A DNA stretch of 64,000 bases, from the NCBI GenBank assembly GCA_016187225.1, contig JACPKC010000006.1, forward strand, positions 25,051-89,050. Reading direction: 5' to 3'. Under the pieces are notes generated by a model. The model saw only the letters and a program-made list of their open reading frames with translations, ran no database searches and was not told the origin of the DNA. The stretch is from Candidatus Berkelbacteria bacterium (lineage in GTDB: Bacteria; Patescibacteriota; UBA1384; JACPKC01). A program made the translations under genes and the position numbers. Shown here piece after piece: positions 21,444 to 30,441 of this stretch; the first letter of the stretch is position 1; each line of letters opens with the position of its first letter.

Positions 21444-22448
21444 CTATAAAACTTCGGCGCTACGAGCAGTGGTTTTTCGCCCTCTTGGGGTTCTCTCAAG
21501 CCAGCCTTCGCGAATCAAATAAGGTTCATAAACTTCTTCGATCGTTTGCATATCCTCGCCAAGCGAAGCGGCAATTGTTGAAAGACCAACGGGACCACCT
21601 TGAAATTTATTCGCAATCGTTGCGAGAAGTTCGCGATCAATTTTATCGAGTCCAAAAGGATCAATTCTCAATAATTCAAGCGCTCGACTAGCGATTTCAG
21701 CTGTAATGACACGTTCACGATGAACCTGGGCATAGTCGCGAACCCGACGCAAAAGTCGATTTGCAATTCGTGGAGTGCGGCGAGAGCGTCGCGCAACTTC
21801 CTTCGCGCCCGTTGTCTCAAGTGGCGCGGCCATGATTTTCGCAGATCGAGCAAGAATTTTTTCAATATCGCCAATTTCGTAAAAATCAAGATGGAAATGC
21901 CCGCCGAAACGGTCGCGCAGGGGCGCGCTTAACTGGCCAATGCGCGTTGTTGCGCCAATTAAGGTAAAGCGAGGCAGGTCAAGTCGGAGAGTTTTAGCGG
22001 CTGGCCCCTTGCCAAGCACAATGTCGAAGGCAAAATCCTCCATGGCCGGATAAAGCACTTCTTCAACCGTTCGGTTGAGGCGATGAATCTCATCAATAAA
22101 AAAAATGCTACCGGGGGATAGATTGCACAGAATCGAAGCAACGTCACCAGCTCGCTCGAGCGCAGGCCCAGAGGTAATCTTAATCTGTACTCCAAGCGCT
22201 TGAGCAACCACATACGCAAGACTCGTTTTACCAAGACCAGGCGGGCCGTAGAAAAGAATATGTTCCAGAGTTTGCTGACGTTCTTGAGTTGCTTGAATGA
22301 GAATTTCTAAATTTTGTTTCGTCGCCGTCTGACCAATAAAATCCGAGAAAGTTTTGGGACGAAAAGTGTTATCCTCGCGCACATCCTCTGGTTGGATCCG
22401 AGGTTGGGTTAAAATAGTCGTGTTTGATGAGAGTTCCGCTTCCTCCAT
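21444..22448 (-). CDS. ruvB: Holliday junction branch-migration ATPase RuvB
   Basis: An AAA+ Walker A GPPGLGKTSLA and the conserved RuvB C-terminal winged helix. Confidence 0.95.
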   Translation of the reverse strand: MEEAELSSNTTILTQPRIQPEDVREDNTFRPKTFSDFIGQTATKQNLEILIQATQERQQTLEHILFYGPPGLGKTSLAYVVAQALGVQIKITSGPALERAGDVASILCNLSPGSIFFIDEIHRLNRTVEEVLYPAMEDFAFDIVLGKGPAAKTLRLDLPRFTLIGATTRIGQLSAPLRDRFGGHFHLDFYEIGDIEKILARSAKIMAAPLETTGAKEVARRSRRTPRIANRLLRRVRDYAQVHRERVITAEIASRALELLRIDPFGLDKIDRELLATIANKFQGGPVGLSTIAASLGEDMQTIEEVYEPYLIREGWLERTPRGRKTTARSAEVL

Positions 22449-22466
22449 ACCTCGACTATATAGAAC

Positions 22467-23717
22467 TCATGGAAGGTAGTCGAGCGGATTGGCTCGGCTT
22501 GAATACTCCCAAATTTCAAAATGAAGATGCGGACCTGTCGACCAACCAGTTGAACCCATGTAGCCAATAATGTCACCTCGCTTAACCTCGTCGCCGCTTG
22601 CAACTACGAAACTCTGCAAGTGTCCATAGAGCGAGCTCCAACGCGCGTTGTGACCGATGACAATGTATTTGCCGTAAGCATATAGTTTGCCGTTATAGGT
22701 CATCTCGGTTACCGTTGTCACCGTTCCGTCGGAAGCGGCGTAAATGGGTGTGCCCGCCGAATTGACTAAATCTAGCCCGCCATGACCGCCATTTGGCTGA
22801 AATGGAGTCGAACCCCCAAAATAAGTGCTGATGTAACGATAATCTGTTGGCCACTGAAAACCCACATTCGAGGTGCCGCGATCACGCGCCTGAAGAACGC
22901 CCGGGCCAGATGCCTTAGTAAGACGCGATCGCACAAGCGCCATTTCGGATTCAACCTGGGCATTTAGCTTTTTCGCTTCATCGACCGCCGATTCATACGA
23001 CTCCTGCTGTTCTTTGGTTTCAACTAAAAGCACCGCTTTGCGACTCTGTTCATTTGCAAGACCAGCCTTGTAAGCCTCTTGCTGGGCTTGCAGACCTTTT
23101 AATTCTTGATACTTGCCATCAAGATCGGATTTCTTTTGTTCAACCTCCCGCTTAAGCGCATCAATTTCATGCAGGGTCGCATCGATGCGATATTCCAGTG
23201 ATTCAAGATACTCATTGTGCTCAATGACTTCCGAAATTGAATCAGAACCGGCAATAATAAAAAGCAACTCTTGCTCACTTGTTTCATAGAGCACGCGCAA
23301 GGTTTCATCCTGATTTCTTTTTTGTTCGTCCAATTCACGTTGACGTTGAGCAATCTCTTCTTCAGCTATCTTAATTTCAGATTCAGTCTGACGAACTTGC
23401 TCATCGGTTTCTTGAATTTTTTGTTCTGTCTGATCGATATCATCTTCTAAACGAGAAATTTGACCCTTGATCGTTGAGGCTTCTTTTTGCTTCTGCTCAG
23501 CCGCTTTTTGATTCTCGCGAATCTTTTTGTTGAGCTCGCGCGTTTGATCCTGTAGATCGCCTAGGCGATCTCGATCGCCTTGTTTAGAATCTTCAGCTCT
23601 AACCGCATTCGAACCAAACCAAGCGAATGGCATCATGAAGAATGCGACCAAAAGAGCGCTTAAAAATGCTTTGAATAAATGCCTGGAGTGACCACCATCT
23701 CGATCGCGATTCATCAT
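22467..23717 (-). CDS. EnvC-like coiled-coil M23 peptidase (FtsEX-associated murein hydrolase activator)
   Basis: A long N-terminal coiled coil followed by an M23 domain (HxxxD...GHLHFEIW). It lies immediately upstream of ftsX and ftsE. Confidence 0.8.
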   Translation of the reverse strand: MMNRDRDGGHSRHLFKAFLSALLVAFFMMPFAWFGSNAVRAEDSKQGDRDRLGDLQDQTRELNKKIRENQKAAEQKQKEASTIKGQISRLEDDIDQTEQKIQETDEQVRQTESEIKIAEEEIAQRQRELDEQKRNQDETLRVLYETSEQELLFIIAGSDSISEVIEHNEYLESLEYRIDATLHEIDALKREVEQKKSDLDGKYQELKGLQAQQEAYKAGLANEQSRKAVLLVETKEQQESYESAVDEAKKLNAQVESEMALVRSRLTKASGPGVLQARDRGTSNVGFQWPTDYRYISTYFGGSTPFQPNGGHGGLDLVNSAGTPIYAASDGTVTTVTEMTYNGKLYAYGKYIVIGHNARWSSLYGHLQSFVVASGDEVKRGDIIGYMGSTGWSTGPHLHFEIWEYSSRANPLDYLP

Positions 23718-23758
23718 ATCCCTCCGACACGATCTTTAATTATAGCACACTGGGCTCA

Positions 23759-24679
23759 TTATAGTTTGACGAATTTTCGAACTGCCATATAACTCATAGA
23801 AATCGATGTGCAGACCCCAATTAGGAGAAAAATTAATATAAGCCAGAATAAATTTTGTAAGAAGAAATCAAGCATATTGGGGGCCAAAAACTTGGCAATC
23901 GAGAGTAAGGGTGTCGAACTTGCGAGATCGTAGCGCAAGAAAAGATAAATTGTCGGCAGAGCCAATCCCGTCCCAATGACGCCAAAAAGCGCCGCCTCGA
24001 CTAAAAATGGCCAGCGCACAAAGGCTTCTGTTGAACCGACTAAGCGCATAATCTCAATCTCGTCGCTTCGAGAAAGAATGACCAGACGGGTCGTGTTATA
24101 AATGAGCACGTAGGACAAAAAAAGAAAAATGCCAGCTAAGATCCAGCCATTCTTGCGCACCGATTGAGCAGTTGTGACCAGACTTTCAATGACCGACTCA
24201 TTGTCTTGGTAGCTCACCCGCCGCACTGAAGCTTCATATTGAGACGAGTCAAAAATCCTGGCAATGGTGCTTAAATTCGCCGGATCATGCGCTCGAACTA
24301 TTAAGCTCCGCGGCAAAGGATTATCTTCGGGTGTAATTAAACTTTTTACCTTTTCCGAGGTACGTCGATCCTGCCAAATTTCATAGGCACGCTCTTTAGA
24401 AATATATTCGACCGTCTTAATATCGGGACGATTGACAAGTAAGCGACGAGTTTCTTGAATTGTCTCCTCGGAGACATCATCATTAAAGTAGACCGCAAGG
24501 TCGAGCTTGTCCTGGATGCCCTGGGTTGTATTAACAATCACCACGCTTTGAATCGCAAAAACACCGATAATGAAAAGTGTAATCGCGATTACGACGGTTG
24601 AAGCAACCGATAACCAACTGTTTCGGAAAAAATTAACCGCTCCCAGACGTAAAACGCGGCCAACGCTTCGCAAAGTCAT
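23759..24679 (-). CDS. ftsX: Cell division permease FtsX
   Basis: Four-TM FtsX topology, overlapping ftsE. Confidence 0.85.
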   Translation of the reverse strand: MTLRSVGRVLRLGAVNFFRNSWLSVASTVVIAITLFIIGVFAIQSVVIVNTTQGIQDKLDLAVYFNDDVSEETIQETRRLLVNRPDIKTVEYISKERAYEIWQDRRTSEKVKSLITPEDNPLPRSLIVRAHDPANLSTIARIFDSSQYEASVRRVSYQDNESVIESLVTTAQSVRKNGWILAGIFLFLSYVLIYNTTRLVILSRSDEIEIMRLVGSTEAFVRWPFLVEAALFGVIGTGLALPTIYLFLRYDLASSTPLLSIAKFLAPNMLDFFLQNLFWLILIFLLIGVCTSISMSYMAVRKFVKL

Positions 24680-25404
24680 CCGTTTATCTCCTTACCCTGG
24701 TGACCGGGCAAAACATACCGACCGATCTTTTCGTCTGAAACTATTCGACCGTGTTCCATAGCAATAACTCGTCGTTTTAAGTTATTAACAACTTCTTTGT
24801 TATGAGTGGCCAAAAGAACAGTGGTTCCGCTCCGATTGATGCGTTCAAGAAGCTCGATAATCTCGCCGGTTGTAGCCGGATCAAGATTGCCGGTCGGCTC
24901 ATCGGCAATCAGAATTCGCGGCGAATGAATCATAGCCCGAGCAATGGCAACACGCTGTTTTTCGCCACCGGAAAGTTCATGCGGGTAGTTTTCACCCTTA
25001 TCAGCCAATCCGACTAGGGTCAAAATTTTTGGCACTCGCTCTCGAATTTCAGCCGTTGAAATATCAGATACTTCGAGCGCAAAGGCAATGTTTTCCCAAA
25101 CAGTTTTTGCGGGCAAAAGTTTAAAATCTTGAAAAACAACACCCACTTTGCGTCGATAATAAGGCAATTCACGTGGTTGCAAGAGTGTGATATCGCGCTC
25201 GGCAATTAAAATTTTGCCATGGTCGGGTTTCTCCTCGGCAATCAAAAGCCGGATCAGGGTGCTCTTACCGGCGCCAGACGGGCCAACGATGCTTACAAAT
25301 TCGCCCTTGGCGATCTCTATGTTGATGTCATCAACCGCGATTGCGCGAGTTCGAGAACCGGATGTCCGAACATAAGTTTTTGCGATGTGTTGCAACTCAA
25401 TCAA
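24676..25404 (-). CDS. ftsE: Cell division ATP-binding protein FtsE
   Basis: Walker A GPSGAGKST, the ABC signature LSGGEKQRVAIARA, and Walker B ILIADEPTGNLD. Confidence 0.9.
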   Translation of the reverse strand: MIELQHIAKTYVRTSGSRTRAIAVDDINIEIAKGEFVSIVGPSGAGKSTLIRLLIAEEKPDHGKILIAERDITLLQPRELPYYRRKVGVVFQDFKLLPAKTVWENIAFALEVSDISTAEIRERVPKILTLVGLADKGENYPHELSGGEKQRVAIARAMIHSPRILIADEPTGNLDPATTGEIIELLERINRSGTTVLLATHNKEVVNNLKRRVIAMEHGRIVSDEKIGRYVLPGHQGKEING

Positions 25405-25507
25405 AACCCCTCCAAAATGATCTTGGGGACTTTAGACGCGCTTCTCTTGCATACAGAAACGTGTAAAATACGTCTATTTATAGGATAACAAATTCCTGGT
25501 CACACGA

Positions 25508-26410
25508 CTAGTGAAGAATTGATTTAAGAGAAGCGAGATTGCGCCTCATGCCTTCAACATAGCTTTCATTTTCATTCCCTGTCTCGAGCGGATCGAGTTC
25601 AGCGATTTTAATACCTAGATCCTGCGCCAATTGCTCAACAAGCGCCGGCGAAAATTGGGGTTCGGTAAAGAGTCCTTTGAGCTGATTCGACTCAACAATT
25701 GAACGAATCTCGGCGATGGTCCCGGGAGTCGGGGTTTCGCCCGGCGTCGCTTCGATAACCGCTACCTGTTCAAGCCCATAATCACGCGCAAAGTATTGAA
25801 AGGCGCTGTGAAAAGCAATAAATTTCTTCTGTGAAAATTGAGCAACAGCTTGGGTAATTTCCTGATCGAGGGATTTAAGTTGTGCTAGAAGTTGATCGGC
25901 ATTTTCTTGGTAATTGATGGCATGATTTGGATCGTTGTCAGAGAGCGCCTCGAGAATAGCGGTCGCTATTAGAGTGGCATTTTTGGGTGAAACCCAAAGA
26001 TGAGGATCGGTTCCAACCACGCCCTCTTCCTCGCCCTCAAGGAGTTGAATCGATTGAGAAAGCACACTCTCAAGTTCAAGAATTGGTAAATCTGATCGCT
26101 CAACTGATTCCAAAAGCGATTCCAGCCATTCTGTTTCTAGGTTAGCGCCATTGATAATCAGAAGATCGGCCGCCTTGAGCTCGGCAAGATTGGCTGGTGT
26201 CGGCTGATAATTGTGCACTTCTTGGCCGGAAGGAATAATTTGATCAACGCGCGCAAGATTACCTACGATTGGTTTTGTAAGCAGTGTCAGAGGATGAAAC
26301 GTGGTTACAACACGAAAACGCGCATCCTCTGCTTCAGGTTTCTTGAGCCACCAAGCGACAATGCCACCGATGGCTATCACCAATAACAATAGCCCGTACC
26401 AGTATTTCAT
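25508..26410 (-). CDS. Metal (Zn/Mn) ABC transporter substrate-binding protein, TroA/ZnuA family
   Basis: A signal/TM anchor followed by a cluster-9 binding-protein fold (…AFHSAFQYFARDYGL…). Confidence 0.75.
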   Translation of the reverse strand: MKYWYGLLLLVIAIGGIVAWWLKKPEAEDARFRVVTTFHPLTLLTKPIVGNLARVDQIIPSGQEVHNYQPTPANLAELKAADLLIINGANLETEWLESLLESVERSDLPILELESVLSQSIQLLEGEEEGVVGTDPHLWVSPKNATLIATAILEALSDNDPNHAINYQENADQLLAQLKSLDQEITQAVAQFSQKKFIAFHSAFQYFARDYGLEQVAVIEATPGETPTPGTIAEIRSIVESNQLKGLFTEPQFSPALVEQLAQDLGIKIAELDPLETGNENESYVEGMRRNLASLKSILH

Positions 26411-26588
26411 CTATTTTTAGAATAATCTCATTCACTAGCTAAAGCAAATTAGGACATTCTCACTTTTCCCGTTTTCGATATTGCGGCATCTCAAAGCTGG
26501 TCACCGCTCTTGTGTTTTGAGAGCAATTTTGGTAAACATCAGAGTTTGGCAACCTTTAAAATTTGGTCAGAAAAAGGAGGAAGAAAAA

Positions 26589-27443
26589 ATGCGGAATCAT
26601 GTTGAGTTGGCTGATTGGCTAGCTCAAACCTTTATCGTAAATGTCACAAGAGCCTGGCAATCTCCAACGTTCGATGATATGTACGCCTGCCTCATCGGCT
26701 GTCCGAAGTCGCAATCGAGCCCGCCGACACTGGACAGTGATCTTCCTAAATTAGGCGAGCAACTCAATTTATCCGAGTGGCAAAAGCTTGATCAACGCGT
26801 GAGCTGGATTCGGAAGAAAGAGTGGCTCTTTGCCGATGTCAACGGCGGCGTGAGACTCGTGCAAGATCCCGATCCGAATCTCATCCGACTTTACTTGAAT
26901 ACGCGGCGAAGTTTTTATCCGATCTACATCGATAAAATCGTTCGCCTGTTTGCCACTTTGGACCTCAAATTGAGAACCAAAGTCTGCACTCTCAAGTCCC
27001 GCTGGGACAACTATGATGGTATTACCATCTATGTTCGCCCTTACTACTTCAATCAAGTACTTGCCGCTGTCCGCCACAATCTTGATCATAAGATTTTCAT
27101 TCGATCTACAACGTCAAGGGTAGCGCGACAAGTTTTTGGAGGAGTTTACATTGCCCAGGAACCCGACCAGAGGCGAACCAGCTTTCATGGGAGGATTGCA
27201 AACGCAATCTCATCGGCGATTTATGAATCTCGAGAAGTCGGTGCCTTGATAATTGTCCCGCGTCAGACACGCGGGGGGCAACTCGAGGGCTGGAGCCTAG
27301 AAATTCTTAGCCAAGCTACCTGGCATGTTCAGCTCGGGGCCAGTCTCAAAAATTGGGGGGTTGACCCGAATCGAATTTATCTCAATCTGGCAATCGAATC
27401 CGAGGTTCGATCCGCAATTTGGAGATCACTCGGTTCACTGTAA
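26589..27443 (+). CDS. Hypothetical 285-aa protein, a lone plus-strand gene with strong RBS and terminator
   Basis: The RBS is AAAAAGGAGGAAGAAAAA-ATG. The terminator aaacgacgcctccgaggcgtcgttttt lies at 27450-27485. I recognise no family. Confidence 0.5.
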   Translation: MRNHVELADWLAQTFIVNVTRAWQSPTFDDMYACLIGCPKSQSSPPTLDSDLPKLGEQLNLSEWQKLDQRVSWIRKKEWLFADVNGGVRLVQDPDPNLIRLYLNTRRSFYPIYIDKIVRLFATLDLKLRTKVCTLKSRWDNYDGITIYVRPYYFNQVLAAVRHNLDHKIFIRSTTSRVARQVFGGVYIAQEPDQRRTSFHGRIANAISSAIYESREVGALIIVPRQTRGGQLEGWSLEILSQATWHVQLGASLKNWGVDPNRIYLNLAIESEVRSAIWRSLGSL

Positions 27444-27485
27444 AGGAGGATTTTCGCAAACGACGCCTCCGAGGCGTCGTTTTTC

Positions 27486-28328
27486 TTATCTAACCACTAA
27501 ATTTTTGAGAATTGAGATATTTTTTTTATCTGGGCCAGTATTATCAAAACCAGGAACTTCGAGAAGCCAAGGAAGCTTACAAAGTATCGGGTTTTCCAAC
27601 ATTGCCTTAAAGCCCGCCAGACCGATCTCGCCTTCACCAATGTTTTCGTGACGATCGCGGTGGCGTCCCAGTTCAAATTTTGAATCATTGGCGTGCATCA
27701 CTGCCAAACGCTCAAGACTCACAGCTATATCAAAATCCTTCAATAACTTGCGAAGCGTCTCTGGGGATCGAACGTCGTAACCAGCGGCAAAAAGATGACA
27801 AGTATCAAGACAGACCTTGACTCGCTGGGAGTTAACACCTTTTACTATCAGCGCAAGTTCTTCAAAATTCGACCCGATTACGCCACCTTGGCCAGCGGTG
27901 TTCTCAATAATTAACTGGCTTTTGCCTTGTGCGCGATGAAGAACTTCATCGACTGCCTTAATAACCTGTTGGATAGCCTCATCAGCGTCTCTTCCCTTGC
28001 GCGAACCAATATGAAAAATTACACCTTGAGAGCCGATTTGGTCAGCGACAGTTAAGGCATGTACCAAGGCATCGACTGATTTTTCTAGAAGCTCCTGGTT
28101 GTCTGTTGCCAAATTCACCAGGTACATTCCATGAATAAAAACCGGCGCGAGATTATGTTCGACAATGCCCAGCTTAAATTGCCTTACTTGCTGATCGGTA
28201 ATCACGGTTTGGCGCCACTGGCGCGGCGAGGTGACAAAAATTTGAAAACAATTAGCGCCAATTGAAAGAGCGCGTTGAATGGCTAAATCGACCCCACCAG
28301 CGACCGAGACGTGCCCGCCAATCTTCAA
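27486..28328 (-). CDS. nfo: Endonuclease IV (AP endonuclease family 2)
   Basis: TIM-barrel Nfo motifs (MKIGGHVSVAGG..., HGMYLVNLA, metal-binding His/Glu pattern). Confidence 0.85.
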   Translation of the reverse strand: MKIGGHVSVAGGVDLAIQRALSIGANCFQIFVTSPRQWRQTVITDQQVRQFKLGIVEHNLAPVFIHGMYLVNLATDNQELLEKSVDALVHALTVADQIGSQGVIFHIGSRKGRDADEAIQQVIKAVDEVLHRAQGKSQLIIENTAGQGGVIGSNFEELALIVKGVNSQRVKVCLDTCHLFAAGYDVRSPETLRKLLKDFDIAVSLERLAVMHANDSKFELGRHRDRHENIGEGEIGLAGFKAMLENPILCKLPWLLEVPGFDNTGPDKKNISILKNLVVR

Positions 28329-29098
28329 GCATGACCCCCTAGAAGTTGTGTCAGTTCAGCATGTAATTTCCCATTTGAGGCAAGAGCGGCACGACTCTTG
28401 AGCTTCATCGGCTGGTTATTGATGTCCGTTAGTTTGCCGCCCGCCTCTTCGAGTATCAAACGTGCCGCTACCCATTCCCATGGCTGAAGATCAAAATGCA
28501 AAAAAGCATCATGGATACCAGCCGCAACTGAACAGATTTCCAGTGCGGGCGCCTCGCGGGTTTTAAGTTGCCGGACTTTGTCCTTAATAAGCATTGCGGC
28601 CTCAAAACCTCGATCGCGACCCGCTCCGTGCCCAAAACCGGTAAGAACATACGAATCTTCAAGTCGAGATGTTGTTCGAGCAGTTAAGCGAGTATCTTGG
28701 AAGAAAGCGCCGCCGCCCTTGATAGCTGTATACAAACACCGCTTACTTGGCACCGAGACTACCCCAACTAAAGGTTCCCCATTTTCAACCCAGGCAACAG
28801 TCGTTGCAAAATGCTCATCGCCAGTGGCAAAATTTTCAGCGCCATTCAACGAATCAACGACCCAGAAACTCGGACTGGCCGGCGCCTCACCCATCTGTTT
28901 CCCCCAGATGACCTCTCGTGGATATACCTGACTTAAAAAAATTCGGATCGCCTCTCGACTTACTCTGTCAGCCTCAAGAACGCCCTTGTCTCGATCGCCC
29001 TTATGCCACTCACCCTCAAATTGGCGGCGTAATTCGTCACCGGAAATAAATGAGGCTTGCTTGGCAACTTGTAAACGAGTTTGTAGATCAACTGCCAT
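28325..29098 (-). CDS. Inositol monophosphatase family protein (SuhB/CysQ-like)
   Basis: A degenerate WxxDPxDGT-like motif (WVVDSLNGAENF) in a roughly 257-aa protein. Confidence 0.55.
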   Translation of the reverse strand: MAVDLQTRLQVAKQASFISGDELRRQFEGEWHKGDRDKGVLEADRVSREAIRIFLSQVYPREVIWGKQMGEAPASPSFWVVDSLNGAENFATGDEHFATTVAWVENGEPLVGVVSVPSKRCLYTAIKGGGAFFQDTRLTARTTSRLEDSYVLTGFGHGAGRDRGFEAAMLIKDKVRQLKTREAPALEICSVAAGIHDAFLHFDLQPWEWVAARLILEEAGGKLTDINNQPMKLKSRAALASNGKLHAELTQLLGGHA

Positions 29099-29100
29099 TT

Positions 29101-29685
29101 TTACTCCATTTGATTATTTGTATATATAATAAAATGCGCGATGTCATCGTTTGTCACGAGAAGAGTATGATCCGTGGTCAATATAAGACCACGATTCGGC
29201 CGAACCTGAAAACCGAGATAAACAACTGGAATGTGTTTGGCTTTAGCAGCATAAACCACCGGCTGAAGATCAGAATCAGAGCTTGCGAGAATGATTTTCC
29301 CAACCTTGTCTTCGTAAATATCTTGCAAGATGTCGACGGCAATACGAACATCGACCCCTTTTTCTTCAAATGTTATGCCGTCGTTACGAACTCGACTCCG
29401 CACGCTTCCACCAGTAATATAGCGAAAACCTTGCTGTTCCAGGTGTTTGCGCAGTTGCGCTTCGCGTTCAATTAATTCCTGGGACTTTTCTTGAGTGTGT
29501 CGGCTTGAGTGCAGTTTGGCAAAATAGAAGGTTGCTAGATCAACATTTTCATTCTTGAATAGATGATTAAAAAGTCCCCAAAAATCATAGTGAGTAAGAT
29601 CGTTTAATAAGCCTCGCCGCCGCAAGATACTCCTAATTCGGGCGAATAAATTTTGCCCGTCAATGTAGAGGTGAGTAGATTTCAT
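29101..29685 (-). CDS. NYN/LabA-like PIN-fold domain protein
   Basis: An N-terminal LYIDGQNLF motif and NYN-like acidic residues. Confidence 0.55.
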   Translation of the reverse strand: MKSTHLYIDGQNLFARIRSILRRRGLLNDLTHYDFWGLFNHLFKNENVDLATFYFAKLHSSRHTQEKSQELIEREAQLRKHLEQQGFRYITGGSVRSRVRNDGITFEEKGVDVRIAVDILQDIYEDKVGKIILASSDSDLQPVVYAAKAKHIPVVYLGFQVRPNRGLILTTDHTLLVTNDDIAHFIIYTNNQME

Positions 29686-29784
29686 AATAAATCGAAATGA
29701 GGAAGAAATGAGATCGAAAAGATAATTGACTATACCATATTAAGCATTTTCCAGGTAGGTAGATCTTAATCCCCTGCTTCGGTT

Positions 29785-30414
29785 TTAGCTCGAACTATCT
29801 TTTCGCCAATCGCCAGCAACATAGCGGTTGCGATTTGATGTTAAATGCCAAGCGTGAGGATCAGCCGTGACAATTTGATCCCATAAAGCTTGAGCTGTTT
29901 TCGTAAATAGAGTCGGATAAACATTTTTCTTTCGGCTTTCAATCCAGATTTCACCCATCGAGTGCCCCCTCTTGCGAAGCTCACTTAACTCAAGCTCAAC
30001 ATCGATATTATCGGCGTCTTTAACAATCTTTGCCTCAATACTTTGCCTCGATTCATATTCTTGAGCAAGCGCCAACATCTCCGCTTCATGAATTGTGCCA
30101 TCAAAAGTATCTTGCGTTGCCAGCGCGTCATCTCGCTTGGTGTACTGACGAGAAAGATAATGCACATCCCCCGTGCGGCTTTCAGCCACATCATGCAAAA
30201 GCGCCAGCTTTAAAATTTTTTCGTGATCGCCGGCGCCTTCTAATTTGGCAATCGTAAACGCAATCCACGCGACCCGAAAGAGATGCTCGGCGCAATTCGC
30301 CGTCTCGGGGCCAAGAAACTGCTTCCACACCCGATCTAGGTGACGAAGTGTTCCAATTTCATAAAGCAACTCAACATCACGCGCAAGTGTTGGGATTTTA
30401 GTTTCATTCCCCAT
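29785..30414 (-). CDS. HD-domain hydrolase (YfbR-like 5'-deoxynucleotidase family)
   Basis: The motifs H...HD...D (EHLFRVAW...LLHDVAESRTGD). Confidence 0.7.
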   Translation of the reverse strand: MGNETKIPTLARDVELLYEIGTLRHLDRVWKQFLGPETANCAEHLFRVAWIAFTIAKLEGAGDHEKILKLALLHDVAESRTGDVHYLSRQYTKRDDALATQDTFDGTIHEAEMLALAQEYESRQSIEAKIVKDADNIDVELELSELRKRGHSMGEIWIESRKKNVYPTLFTKTAQALWDQIVTADPHAWHLTSNRNRYVAGDWRKDSSS

Positions 30415-30441
30415 ACTGCCTCCTCTTAACCTGATAAGTAT

